Shown one piece after another: positions 11,563 through 20,340 of a stretch of 64,000 bases of DNA. Positions within the stretch are counted from its first letter, which is position 1; each line of letters starts with the position of its first letter. The DNA is from an uncultured Planctomycetota bacterium (GTDB lineage: Bacteria; Planctomycetota; Planctomycetia; Isosphaerales; Isosphaeraceae). The translations under genes and the position numbers were made by a program. The notes under the pieces were generated by a model, which worked only from the letters and a program-made list of their open reading frames with translations, was not told where the DNA came from and did no database searches. Location: NCBI GenBank assembly GCA_963737655.1, contig CAVTTN010000002.1:4352001-4416000 (forward strand). The letters run 5' to 3'.

Positions 11563-11583
11563 ATTCCCCCCATTTTCCATTTC

Positions 11584-12060
11584 TCAGCCCATGATTGCCT
11601 TGTACGCCGCGACGGCCATCCGGTCGCAGGCTTCGTTCTCGGGGTGGCCGCTGTGCCCGAGGACGATCTTGACCTCGATCTTGTGCTTCTCGGCCACCTC
11701 GTCGAGCCTTTGCCAGAGGTCCACATTGCCCACGGGCTTGAACGTCTTGCCTTCCTTGCGTCGCCAGCCGTTGGCCTTCCACTTCGGCCTCCAGTCGCGA
11801 TAGCCCTTGCCGACGTATTCGCTGTCGGTCACGAGCTCGACCCGGCAAGGCTTCTTCAGCGAGGCGAGGCCCTCGATGGCGGCGGTCAGTTCCATCCGAT
11901 TGTTCGTCGTCAGCTCCTCGGCGCCCGAGGCGGAGGTCTCCTTGCCGCTGGCCGGGTGCTGAAGGATGAAGGCCCAGCCTCCGGGGCCGGGATTGCCGCT
12001 ACAGGCGCCGTCGGTGAACAGGCGGACGAAATCGCTCGGAGTGGTCGGTTCTGCCGTCAT
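11584..12060 (-). CDS. rnhA: Ribonuclease HI
   Basis: FTDGACSGNPGPGGW, TTNNRMEL, TDSEY, NVDLW and GHSGHPENEACD. Confidence 0.97.
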   Translation of the reverse strand: MTAEPTTPSDFVRLFTDGACSGNPGPGGWAFILQHPASGKETSASGAEELTTNNRMELTAAIEGLASLKKPCRVELVTDSEYVGKGYRDWRPKWKANGWRRKEGKTFKPVGNVDLWQRLDEVAEKHKIEVKIVLGHSGHPENEACDRMAVAAYKAIMG

Positions 12061-12119
12061 GGCGAGGGGTGCGGGCCCTCGGGGAGGTGATCCCGAAGGG
12101 CCCGGCGTCCTTCCGTCGA

Positions 12120-12725
12120 TTAATACTTCCGGACGACCCCGGCCAGGATCCCCAAGATCGTGACGTTGTCGCGGAAGATGGGCTTCATGGTCTTGTTCGC
12201 GGGTTCGAGCCTCACGCGGTTCTTCTCGCGATAGAACCGCTTGAGGGTGGCGCCTCCCTCGTCGTCCAGGACGGCCACGATCTGGCCGTCCCGGGCGACT
12301 TCCTGGCGCTGGATGATCACGAAGTCGCCGTCGGCGATGTGTTCCTCGATCATGCTCTCGCCGGTGACCTGCAAGACGAACTTCTCTTCGTTCGCCTCCC
12401 AGTCCTCGAACCCGAACTCCTCGGCGTCCTCGACCGCTTCGAGGGGCTGGCCGGCGGCGATCCGCCCGAGGAGCTTCAGGGAGGTGTGGGGCCGGGTGGC
12501 GGGCTCCTGCATGAGCTGGATGGCGCGAGACATGTTGGCCTCGCGGTGGATCAGGCCCTTCTTCTGGAGGGCCTTGAGGTGGCACATCACGCCGTTCGGG
12601 CTGCGGATGCCGAACTCGTTGCCGATCTCGCGGACCGTCGGGCCGTAGCCCCGGCCCTGGATCTTGCCTCGGATGAACTCGTAGATCTCTCGCTGGCGGG
12701 ACGTCAGGGCTTCGAGGTCGGCCAT
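12120..12725 (-). CDS. lexA: SOS repressor LexA
   Basis: LTSRQ..PTVREI wHTH, IAAG cleavage site, GESM catalytic Ser and TLKRF catalytic Lys. Confidence 0.97.
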   Translation of the reverse strand: MADLEALTSRQREIYEFIRGKIQGRGYGPTVREIGNEFGIRSPNGVMCHLKALQKKGLIHREANMSRAIQLMQEPATRPHTSLKLLGRIAAGQPLEAVEDAEEFGFEDWEANEEKFVLQVTGESMIEEHIADGDFVIIQRQEVARDGQIVAVLDDEGGATLKRFYREKNRVRLEPANKTMKPIFRDNVTILGILAGVVRKY

Positions 12726-12845
12726 CGGTGGGGCCTCCGGGGGTCGCGATCGGAGAGAGGAATCCCGACGGGCCTCGGCTCGATCGGGCGGGACCGGGCG
12801 GGTTCGCCCTTACGGACGATCACCACCTGACCCTTTGCCCGCTAA

Positions 12846-12862
12846 TGTACAATGGTCGTCTA
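12846..12862 (-). promoter_or_regulatory. Candidate LexA autoregulatory operator overlapping a putative -10 element
   Basis: Imperfect dyad TGTAC-N7-GTCTA ~120 bp upstream of lexA, overlapping TACATT on the minus strand. Confidence 0.3.
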
Positions 12863-12908
12863 GCGCACGCGAGAACATTTTCCAAAAAATTCCATAGGCC
12901 CGGCCCGA

Positions 12909-14105
12909 TCACTTCACGGGCGGGGGCGTCGGGAGCCGGGGTTCGGCCTTCGAGGGGGTCTCGCCCATCAGGCGCTCCAGGGTCGGCTGGACCTCGGCCA
13001 GGTCCACCCCATAATCCACCAGGCGGCCGTCCCGGTCGATCACGAGCTTGTACGGGATCACCTGGAGGCCGTATTCCAGGAGCAGTTGGGCCTTCATGTT
13101 GGGCCCGGTGGTGGGGGAGAAGATCTGCGGCCAGTCCAGCTTCTGCTCGGCCATGATCTTCATCGACGCCTCGGGGACGGGGTCGACGCAGATGCCCAGG
13201 ACCGCGAAATCCTTGCCCTTCCAGCGCTTGCGAAGCTCCTCGATCCGAGGGATCTCCGCATTGCAGGGGACGCACCCGGTCCCCCAGAAGTCCACCAGGA
13301 GGAGCTTGCCCCGGAAGTCCTCGACGGAGACGGTCTGGCCGTCCCGGCCGGGTCCCTTGATGTCGGTGACGACCTTCCCTTTCTGGTCGATCCGGTGGAC
13401 GGCCCCCTTGGAGACCGGCGCCACGGGGTTGGTGGGGAAGCGGTCGGCCAGGGTCTCGTACAGCGACCGGGCGGTGGCGAAATCGCGGATCAGGATCTCG
13501 CTCTTCTTGGCGATGTCGTTCAGGACATCCGGTGCCTCGGGAGGCGGCGGGGTGTAGCCGGAGAGATGGATAATCGCCTTGGCCATCCTCGGATAGGTCT
13601 TCGGCCAGTCCTCGCGAGGGGCGATCTGGCAGATCCGGCCCAGGGCGCGGACCCTCTCCCTCGCGGCGATGGCGGCCACGCCGGTCTTGGGGTTGTCGGC
13701 CTCGATCCGTTCCGAGGCGGCGACCATCTTTTCCAGGGCCTGCGGATCGACTTCCTCGCGACGGCGGAGGGAATCCAGGTGGACGGCCGCGGCCTGCTCG
13801 CGGAGGTCCTTGGGCGCCCCGAGGTCATTCAGGATCGCGTCGGTCGTCTTCAAGAGGGCGTCGGTATACGCCAGGAGGATGGCCCGGGAGTGCTCGGGGT
13901 CCTCGGGCTCGGACTCCTGGAACTTCTTGCGGAGCTCCAGGATGTGCGACCATTGCGACTCGGGCGATCCGCTGGTCTGGGCCGGGAACTCGTCGGCCGG
14001 GGTCTTCGCCGACGAGCCCGAACCGCATCCGGGCAACGCCAGGACGGCCAGGGTCGCGAGGCTCGTGAGGATCGCCAGGAGGCGGGACCGCTCAGGGGGA
14101 TTCAT
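12909..14105 (-). CDS. Lipoprotein with helical N-terminal region and C-terminal TlpA-like thioredoxin domain
   Basis: Lipobox LALPGC; FRGKLLLVDFWGTGCVPC and YGLQVIP..LVIDRDG. Confidence 0.85.
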   Translation of the reverse strand: MNPPERSRLLAILTSLATLAVLALPGCGSGSSAKTPADEFPAQTSGSPESQWSHILELRKKFQESEPEDPEHSRAILLAYTDALLKTTDAILNDLGAPKDLREQAAAVHLDSLRRREEVDPQALEKMVAASERIEADNPKTGVAAIAARERVRALGRICQIAPREDWPKTYPRMAKAIIHLSGYTPPPPEAPDVLNDIAKKSEILIRDFATARSLYETLADRFPTNPVAPVSKGAVHRIDQKGKVVTDIKGPGRDGQTVSVEDFRGKLLLVDFWGTGCVPCNAEIPRIEELRKRWKGKDFAVLGICVDPVPEASMKIMAEQKLDWPQIFSPTTGPNMKAQLLLEYGLQVIPYKLVIDRDGRLVDYGVDLAEVQPTLERLMGETPSKAEPRLPTPPPVK

Positions 14106-14281
14106 CGGACGATCCGGAAGGGATGAGGGCTTCGAAAGGCTTCCCGGTCCATGAAGGCCGAAGGATGAGGGCAGGGCCCTCGCAGGTGGGGCCGTTCATG
14201 CCCCCTACTTGCTTGCCGGGCCGAGGGCGGCGCGGTACACCTTCGGACCGTCGATCCTACCCGAGACGGCCGAGGCCCGCC

Positions 14282-15079
14282 ATGTCCCCCGCCCGAGTCC
14301 TGGCGATCCATGCCCATCCCGATGACGTCGAGTTCCAGTGCTCCGGGACGCTCGCCCTCCTGGCCCGCGCCGGTCACCCGATCGCGATCGCCACCATGAC
14401 CCCGGGCGATTGCGGGTCGGCCGAGCACGACGCCGAGGCGATTTCCGCCATCCGTCGCGACGAGGCCAGGGCCGCCGCCTCCCTGATCGGCGCCGAATAT
14501 CATTGCCTGGAGTTCCGCGACCTGTCGATCTTCAGCGACGACCCGTCGCGGAGGCGAGTCGTCGAGTTCGTCCGAAGAATCCGGCCGGAGATCGTCCTGA
14601 CCGCCCCTCCGATCGACTACATGGCCGACCACGAGGCGACCAGCGCCCTGGTCCGAGACGCCCTGTTCGCCGCCAGCGCCCCGAACTACGCCACCCGGCA
14701 ATGGGAGCCCGCGGCCCCTCTCGACGCCATCCCCCACCTGTACTTCGTGGACCCGGTCGAGGGCGTCGATCACGACGGCAACCCCGTGCCCGTGGGCTTC
14801 TTCGTGGACGTCTCCGAGGTCGCGCCCATCCGCCGGGCGATGCTCGCCTGCCACGCCAGCCAGAGGAACTGGCTGATCCGCCAGCACGGGATGGACGAAT
14901 ACCTGGAGAGCCAATCGCAGTGGTCGGCCAAGCGAGGCCAGGAGATCGGAGTCGCCCACGCCGAGGCCTTCCGCCAGTACCTCGGCCACCCCTACCCCAG
15001 GACCAATCGCCTCCTGCAACTCCTCGAAGAAGCGCAGGCGAACTGCCGGACCATCGCCCCCCGGCCGCCCGCGACCTGA
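14282..15079 (+). CDS. PIG-L/LmbE family deacetylase
   Basis: AIHAHPDD motif, DH motif, CHASQ and AEAF. Confidence 0.9.
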   Translation: MSPARVLAIHAHPDDVEFQCSGTLALLARAGHPIAIATMTPGDCGSAEHDAEAISAIRRDEARAAASLIGAEYHCLEFRDLSIFSDDPSRRRVVEFVRRIRPEIVLTAPPIDYMADHEATSALVRDALFAASAPNYATRQWEPAAPLDAIPHLYFVDPVEGVDHDGNPVPVGFFVDVSEVAPIRRAMLACHASQRNWLIRQHGMDEYLESQSQWSAKRGQEIGVAHAEAFRQYLGHPYPRTNRLLQLLEEAQANCRTIAPRPPAT

Positions 15080-15087
15080 TCCTCCGA

Positions 15088-15405
15088 TCATCGGGGAAGC
15101 GACCCGAACGTTCGGGCCAGCATCACGGCCATCAGGACCAGGCCCAGGCCGAGCGGGACGACGTGGATCGTCTTCCGCAGGTCAAAAGTCCCGACGCGGC
15201 AAAGCAGCAAGTAAGCCGCCACGAGGTTCGCCGACGCCCAAAGCACGTTCACCATCGGCGGCGACATCCCCTTCCCCGGAGGCGAGGCGAACGGCGAAGG
15301 GAACGGGAGCCCCGAGACCCCGGCGACGAGGTGGGGCAGGCAATTCATCAGGAACGCGCCGCCGAAAAAGTAGGCGATGATGTGATACCAGCGGGTCTCC
15401 GGCAC
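15088..15405 (-). CDS. Small hypothetical membrane protein (3 TM)
   Basis: FFGGAFLMN.LPHLVAG..G..FPSPFA.PPG.G.S.P.VNVLW pattern; GGAG upstream of the GTG start. Confidence 0.7.
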   Translation of the reverse strand: MPETRWYHIIAYFFGGAFLMNCLPHLVAGVSGLPFPSPFASPPGKGMSPPMVNVLWASANLVAAYLLLCRVGTFDLRKTIHVVPLGLGLVLMAVMLARTFGSLPR

Positions 15406-15457
15406 GCTCGCACTCCTCCATGAATACTCGATCGGAGAGTCTTGTCGAGATCGGGTC

Positions 15458-15799
15458 TCAAATCGCGAGAAGGACTCGTAGCCTGTCTTCCACCTCGGCG
15501 ATCGTCTCGGAGGAAGCTCGACCCCAGTGGTCGATCAGTCGATCCTTGGAGATCGATCGGACGTCCTCGCATTTCGCGAAGCTCGTCGTTCGAAGGCCGC
15601 CTTCGGGCGGTTCCATCCGAACGTGCGACGCGACCCTCTTGGCGACACTCGTGATGGGCAGGACGATGATCAGGCCGGACGGACCCCGGTTGAAGCCGTC
15701 GGCCGAGACGATCAGGGCCGGGCGGGTTCCCGCCTGCTCCCGGCCTCGGGTCGGGCTGAAGTCGGCGAGCCACACGTCGCCTCGGGAGGGGTCGGGCAC
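15458..15799 (-). CDS. mazF: Type II TA toxin, MazF/PemK family
   Basis: RGDVWLADF..GREQAGTRPALIVS, VLPITS and CEDVRSISK.RL. Confidence 0.93.
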   Translation of the reverse strand: MPDPSRGDVWLADFSPTRGREQAGTRPALIVSADGFNRGPSGLIIVLPITSVAKRVASHVRMEPPEGGLRTTSFAKCEDVRSISKDRLIDHWGRASSETIAEVEDRLRVLLAI

Positions 15800-15802
15800 G
15801 GC

Positions 15803-16039
15803 TCACCCCTCCTCGAATCCATCGCCGAGCGTACCTTCGATCGCGGCTCGTTCCTGGAGCTCGGCGTCCCAGGCTTCGGGGTCGGAGCGGAGGGCGGCGA
15901 ACCCGTCGTTGATCTCCTCGAGCAGTCTCTGACGCCGCAAGACCTCGACGGCCTCGGCGATCACGGCGTCCACCGGCCCATTGCCGGCGAGACGTCGAGC
16001 CGCTTCATACGTGGCATCCGGTACCTGGATCGTCTGCAT
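15803..16039 (-). CDS. Cognate antitoxin (RHH-like)
   Basis: Small ORF 3 bp upstream of the toxin, with TIQV..TYE beta/helix start and an acidic C-terminus. Confidence 0.8.
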   Translation of the reverse strand: MQTIQVPDATYEAARRLAGNGPVDAVIAEAVEVLRRQRLLEEINDGFAALRSDPEAWDAELQERAAIEGTLGDGFEEG

Positions 16040-16092
16040 CGATAACCCCCGGAGGCTGGTGACGTCCGCCAATCGAAGGATCTGGCTGGCGT

Positions 16093-16147
16093 CGATCGCC
16101 GTTCACCATCGGATTCAGCACGACGATTTTTCGGTGAACGGCGATCG
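16093..16147. repeat. 15-bp perfect inverted repeat upstream of the TA operon
   Basis: cgatcgccgttcacc (16093-16107) and ggtgaacggcgatcg (16133-16147). Confidence 0.7.
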
Positions 16148-16261
16148 CCCCGCCATCTCGGCGGAAAAACAGGCCAGGGCCTGACCTAGGTTTCCGATAT
16201 CTTCGCGCTCTCAGATCGTGGTTTCAACGGAAGAGAACCTGCATCCTGGAACTGGCCCGGA

Positions 16262-16675
16262 TCAATCAATGGAATCGGCAGTGTAAACCCCGACGATCCG
16301 CGGAGGATCGCCGTCCACTGCGACGATCAACGCCCTGCGTGACGAGTCCACGGCGCCGGGGTTGTACGGGAGCGGGATCGACCAGCAGTATTCTGTCGAA
16401 CCGCCGGGATGTTCGACCGTCACCCGGGCCGTGGCCAGGATGGTCGAATATCGCGAAACGAGGTCGCCCTTTTCGAAGCAATTCACGAAGGCGATTGTGA
16501 CGTCTCGGTAGGCTTCCTTCGGAAATCCGCGATCCCGGAATGCCAGGAAGCGTCGCTGGGCCTCGCGGCGCTCGGACTCCGGCGATTCCCGATCCCGGGA
16601 GACCGGGATGCCTTTCTCGGCGCAACCCGCGCCCAGACCGCCGGAGAGACCGAGAATCAGGAGTGTGCGACGCAT
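16262..16675 (-). CDS. Hypothetical lipoprotein
   Basis: MRRTLLILGLSGGLGAGC lipobox-like N-terminus. Confidence 0.55.
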   Translation of the reverse strand: MRRTLLILGLSGGLGAGCAEKGIPVSRDRESPESERREAQRRFLAFRDRGFPKEAYRDVTIAFVNCFEKGDLVSRYSTILATARVTVEHPGGSTEYCWSIPLPYNPGAVDSSRRALIVAVDGDPPRIVGVYTADSID

Positions 16676-16932
16676 GGGATTCGAGGCCCCGGGTCGAGGA
16701 TCAGCGAATCAGGCGGCAAGACCGAGGACCATGCGGTTTGTTCCCTCGTTCGAGCATCCCAAAATCCCATGACCTCGACAAGGTCCGGTCGAGGGACGTC
16801 GAGGAACCCTCCGTTTGCACCTCCGACCAGGATCTCCGAACCGGCCGGTTCCCTCGGGGCGAGGCGTCCGGTAGGATCACGCCTCTCTCCTCGCCGGAGC
16901 GACCCGGCGCGGCCCCTGGAGGAATCCTTGCC

Positions 16933-18507
16933 ATGCGACCGACCATCTCCCGACGCGCGGCCCTGGGGACCCTGGCCGCGGCGTCCGCTTCGGCCGCATT
17001 GGTCCCGGCCTGGGCGCGTTCTCGCGATTCGGCGGCGTCGGTGGATGTGTTGCTGGAGGAGCCGGTCGGCACGATCTCGCCGAATCTTCATGGCCAGTTC
17101 GCCGAGCATATCGGCGGCGTGATCTATGATGGGATCTGGGTCGGGCCCGACTCCAAGATCCCCAACGTCCGGGGCATCCGCAGGGCGATCATCGACGGCG
17201 TGAGACGGCTGGGGCCGGTGGTGGTCCGCTGGCCGGGCGGCTGTTTTGCCGACAAGTACCACTGGCGGGATGGGATCGGCCCTCGCGACAAGCGCCCCCG
17301 TCGATTCGGCCGATGGCGCGAGGAGACCGAGCCGAACACGTTCGGCACTCGCGAGTTCGTCGATTTCTGCCGATTGAGCGGCACCGAGCCGTATTTCGCC
17401 GCGAACGTGGGGACCGGTTCGCCCGAGGAGTTCCAGTCCTGGGTCGAGTACTGCAACGCCCCCGCCGGATCGACCACCCTGGCCGACGAGCGCGTCGCCA
17501 ACGGCGACGAAAAACCGTTCGGCATCCGCTACTGGGGCGTGGGCAATGAAAGCTGGGGCTGCGGCGGCAAGTTCACCCCCGAGGACTATTGCCGCGAATA
17601 TCGCAAATTCACCGAATGGGTGCCGAACTACGGCGTCCCGCTTTACCTGATCGCCGCCGGGCCGAACGGCGACGACGTCGATTGGACCCGCCGGTTCTTC
17701 GCGAAGTGGGCCGACGGCGCCCGGGCGCCGATCCAGGGTTGGGCCCCGCATTACTACTGCGGCACGACCGGCCATGCCCTCAAGTTCTCGACCGACCAGT
17801 GGTACGAGATGCTCGCCAAGGCCGACCGGATGGAAGGCTTGCTGAAGAGGCAGTGGGACGCCCTCGGCGAGTTCGACCGCGAGCGGAAGATCAAGCTGAT
17901 CGTCGATGAATGGGGCGCGTGGCATCCCGAGGGGACCGAGATCAACCGGAGGCACCTGTACGAGCAGATGAGCACGTTGAGGGATGCCCTGGTGGCCGCT
18001 CTCACGCTCGACACCTTCCATCGCCATGCGGACAAGGTCGGGATGGCCAACGTCGCCCAGCTCGTCAACAACCTCCATTCGCTGTTCCTGGCCGACGGCG
18101 ACAAATTCGTCGCCACCCCGAATTTCCATGTTTTCGAGATGTACAAGTCGCATCAAGGCGGCAAGTCGGTCCGGGTGGCCGCGCAGTCCGAATCGGTCGA
18201 GTTCGGGAAGGGCGGGAAGGTCTTCCGGGTGGCGGGCTCGGCCTCGGTGAAGGACCGGAACCTCGTCGTGACCCTGGTCCATACCCACGCCTCGGAACCT
18301 TTGGAGATCGACGTCCGGCTGAAGGGTGGCCAGGGCGAGGGGACGGGTCGAATTGTCCTCACGAATGAGAGCCTGAACGCTCATAACACGTTCGAATCGC
18401 CCGAAGTGGTGATGCCGAAGCCGATGCCGTTCGAGGCGAAGGGCGGGACGTTGCGATGCACGCTGCCGCCGGCCTCGGTGACCCGGCTGGACGTCCGCCT
18501 GATTTGA
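16933..18507 (+). CDS. Alpha-L-arabinofuranosidase (GH51), Tat-exported
   Basis: ISRRAAL signal, GQFAEH, RWPGGCFAD, WGVGNE, DEWG and MANVAQLVN. Confidence 0.93.
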   Translation: MRPTISRRAALGTLAAASASAALVPAWARSRDSAASVDVLLEEPVGTISPNLHGQFAEHIGGVIYDGIWVGPDSKIPNVRGIRRAIIDGVRRLGPVVVRWPGGCFADKYHWRDGIGPRDKRPRRFGRWREETEPNTFGTREFVDFCRLSGTEPYFAANVGTGSPEEFQSWVEYCNAPAGSTTLADERVANGDEKPFGIRYWGVGNESWGCGGKFTPEDYCREYRKFTEWVPNYGVPLYLIAAGPNGDDVDWTRRFFAKWADGARAPIQGWAPHYYCGTTGHALKFSTDQWYEMLAKADRMEGLLKRQWDALGEFDRERKIKLIVDEWGAWHPEGTEINRRHLYEQMSTLRDALVAALTLDTFHRHADKVGMANVAQLVNNLHSLFLADGDKFVATPNFHVFEMYKSHQGGKSVRVAAQSESVEFGKGGKVFRVAGSASVKDRNLVVTLVHTHASEPLEIDVRLKGGQGEGTGRIVLTNESLNAHNTFESPEVVMPKPMPFEAKGGTLRCTLPPASVTRLDVRLI

Positions 18508-18532
18508 CCCCCTCGCTCGGGAGATTCGCCCG

Positions 18533-19282
18533 ATGGACCTGTCCGGGAAAGTCGCGATCGTCACCGGGGCCGCCTCGGGGATCGGCGAGGCGATCGTCCG
18601 CCTTTATGTCGAGAGCGGCGCACAGGTCGTCGCGGTCGACGCGAACCCGGCCGTCGAGACGATCGCGTGGCCCCATCGCGATTCGATCCGAACCGTCGTG
18701 GGAGACGTCTCCGAAGGCGAGGTGGCGGACCGTTACGCCAGGACGGCCGTCGAGGCGTTCGGCCGGGCCGACGTGATGGTCAACAACGCCGCGATCTCGG
18801 TCGTGAAGCCGATCCACGAGCATTCGCCCGAGGAGTGGGATCGGGTCTTCGCGGTGAACGTGAAGTCGATCTACCAGTCGGCCCGGGCGCTGGTGCCGCT
18901 CATGAAGGGGCAGAAATCGGGGCTCTTCCTCAACACCGGGTCGATTTCGAGCATGGTCGGCATCCCGGGCCAGGGGGCGTATGCGCCGTCGAAGGGGGCG
19001 GTGATCCAGATCACCCGGCAGATGGCCATCGAATACGCCGGCTGGGGCATTCGATCCAACGCCGTCTGCCCGGGGACCGTCGATACGCCGATGCTCCGCC
19101 GGGCCGCGGCCGATTCGGGCGACCCGTCCGCGTTCCTCTGCGGCCTGGAATCCGGCCATCCGATCGGCCGGATCGCGGCGGCCGAGGAGATCGCCGAGTT
19201 CTTCCTGTTCCTCGCCTCCGACCGCGCCCGGTTCTTCACCGGGGCGATCCTCATGATCGACGGCGGCTTCACGGCTCAGTGA
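18533..19282 (+). CDS. Short-chain dehydrogenase/reductase
   Basis: TGAASGIG, NNAA, YAPSK and CPGTVDT. Confidence 0.95.
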   Translation: MDLSGKVAIVTGAASGIGEAIVRLYVESGAQVVAVDANPAVETIAWPHRDSIRTVVGDVSEGEVADRYARTAVEAFGRADVMVNNAAISVVKPIHEHSPEEWDRVFAVNVKSIYQSARALVPLMKGQKSGLFLNTGSISSMVGIPGQGAYAPSKGAVIQITRQMAIEYAGWGIRSNAVCPGTVDTPMLRRAAADSGDPSAFLCGLESGHPIGRIAAAEEIAEFFLFLASDRARFFTGAILMIDGGFTAQ

Positions 19283-19344
19283 GAGAGAGGGACGGCGCCT
19301 CGGGGGCGTCCGTTCCGATTCCGCTCCGACACCTGGAGATTGCG

Positions 19345-20340
19345 ATGCCGCGGAAACTCGGAAGGCGGGAATTGCTCAGGTCGGCCGCGGCCCTGGCCCT
19401 CTTGGGAGGCTCCGGCCGGGCCGATGAACCGAAGAGTTTGCCCGAGCAGATCGTGGACGCGATGAACGCGATTTTCGGGAAGCATCCCGGCTTCCGTTCC
19501 GCCCACGCGAAGGGGATCGTCTGCGAGGGGGAATTCACCCCGTCGGCCTCGGCGTCGGGACTGTCGAAGGCGCCTCATCTTCAGAAGGCACCGAGCCGGG
19601 TGACGGTCCGGTTCTCCGACTCGACCGGAATCCCCGAGATCCCCGACGGCCTGCCCGACGCCGGCCCCCGGGGGATGGCCGTCCGCTTCCACCTGACCGG
19701 CGGGGGCAGCACCGACATCGTCGCCAACGCCTTCAATGGCTTCGCCGTGGCGAACGGCGAGGATTTCCTGGCCCTCCTCCGCGCCGTGGCCGAGACCACC
19801 AAGGACTCCCCGAAGCCCTCGCCGATCGAGAAATTCCTCGGGGGCCATCCGAAGGCGATGAAGGTCGTGGCCGCGCCGAAGCCGGTCCCGGCGAGCTTCG
19901 CCACCGAGCCGTATTTCGGGGTCAACGCCTTCGAGTTCACCAACGCCCAGGACAAGTCCCGCTTCGGCCGCTACCAGCTCCGCCCGGAAGCCGGAGCGAA
20001 GTTCCTCTCCGCCGAGGACGCCGCGAAGCAGCCGCCGAACTTCCTGATGGACGAGCTGCCCGAGAGGCTGGCGAAGGGCCCGGCCAGGTTCCTCCTGGTC
20101 GTCCAGCTCGCCGCCGAGGGGGACAAAACCGACGACGCCACCGAGGTCTGGCCCGACGACCGGCCGACGATCGAATTGGGCGTCCTGTCAATCCTCAAGA
20201 AGGTCGCCGACAGCGACTCGGCGCAGAAGGCCCTCGGGTTCGACCCGACGAGGCTGGTCGAGGGGATCGACCTCTCCGACGATCCGCTCCTGCCGCTCCG
20301 ATCGGCCACTTACGCGGTCTCCCGGCGTCGGCGGAAGTAG
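19345..20340 (+). CDS. Catalase-related peroxidase (SrpA-like), Tat-exported
   Basis: GRRELL signal, FRSAHAKG, VRFS, RGMAVRF, FDP and DPLL..RS..Y. Confidence 0.9.
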   Translation: MPRKLGRRELLRSAAALALLGGSGRADEPKSLPEQIVDAMNAIFGKHPGFRSAHAKGIVCEGEFTPSASASGLSKAPHLQKAPSRVTVRFSDSTGIPEIPDGLPDAGPRGMAVRFHLTGGGSTDIVANAFNGFAVANGEDFLALLRAVAETTKDSPKPSPIEKFLGGHPKAMKVVAAPKPVPASFATEPYFGVNAFEFTNAQDKSRFGRYQLRPEAGAKFLSAEDAAKQPPNFLMDELPERLAKGPARFLLVVQLAAEGDKTDDATEVWPDDRPTIELGVLSILKKVADSDSAQKALGFDPTRLVEGIDLSDDPLLPLRSATYAVSRRRRK

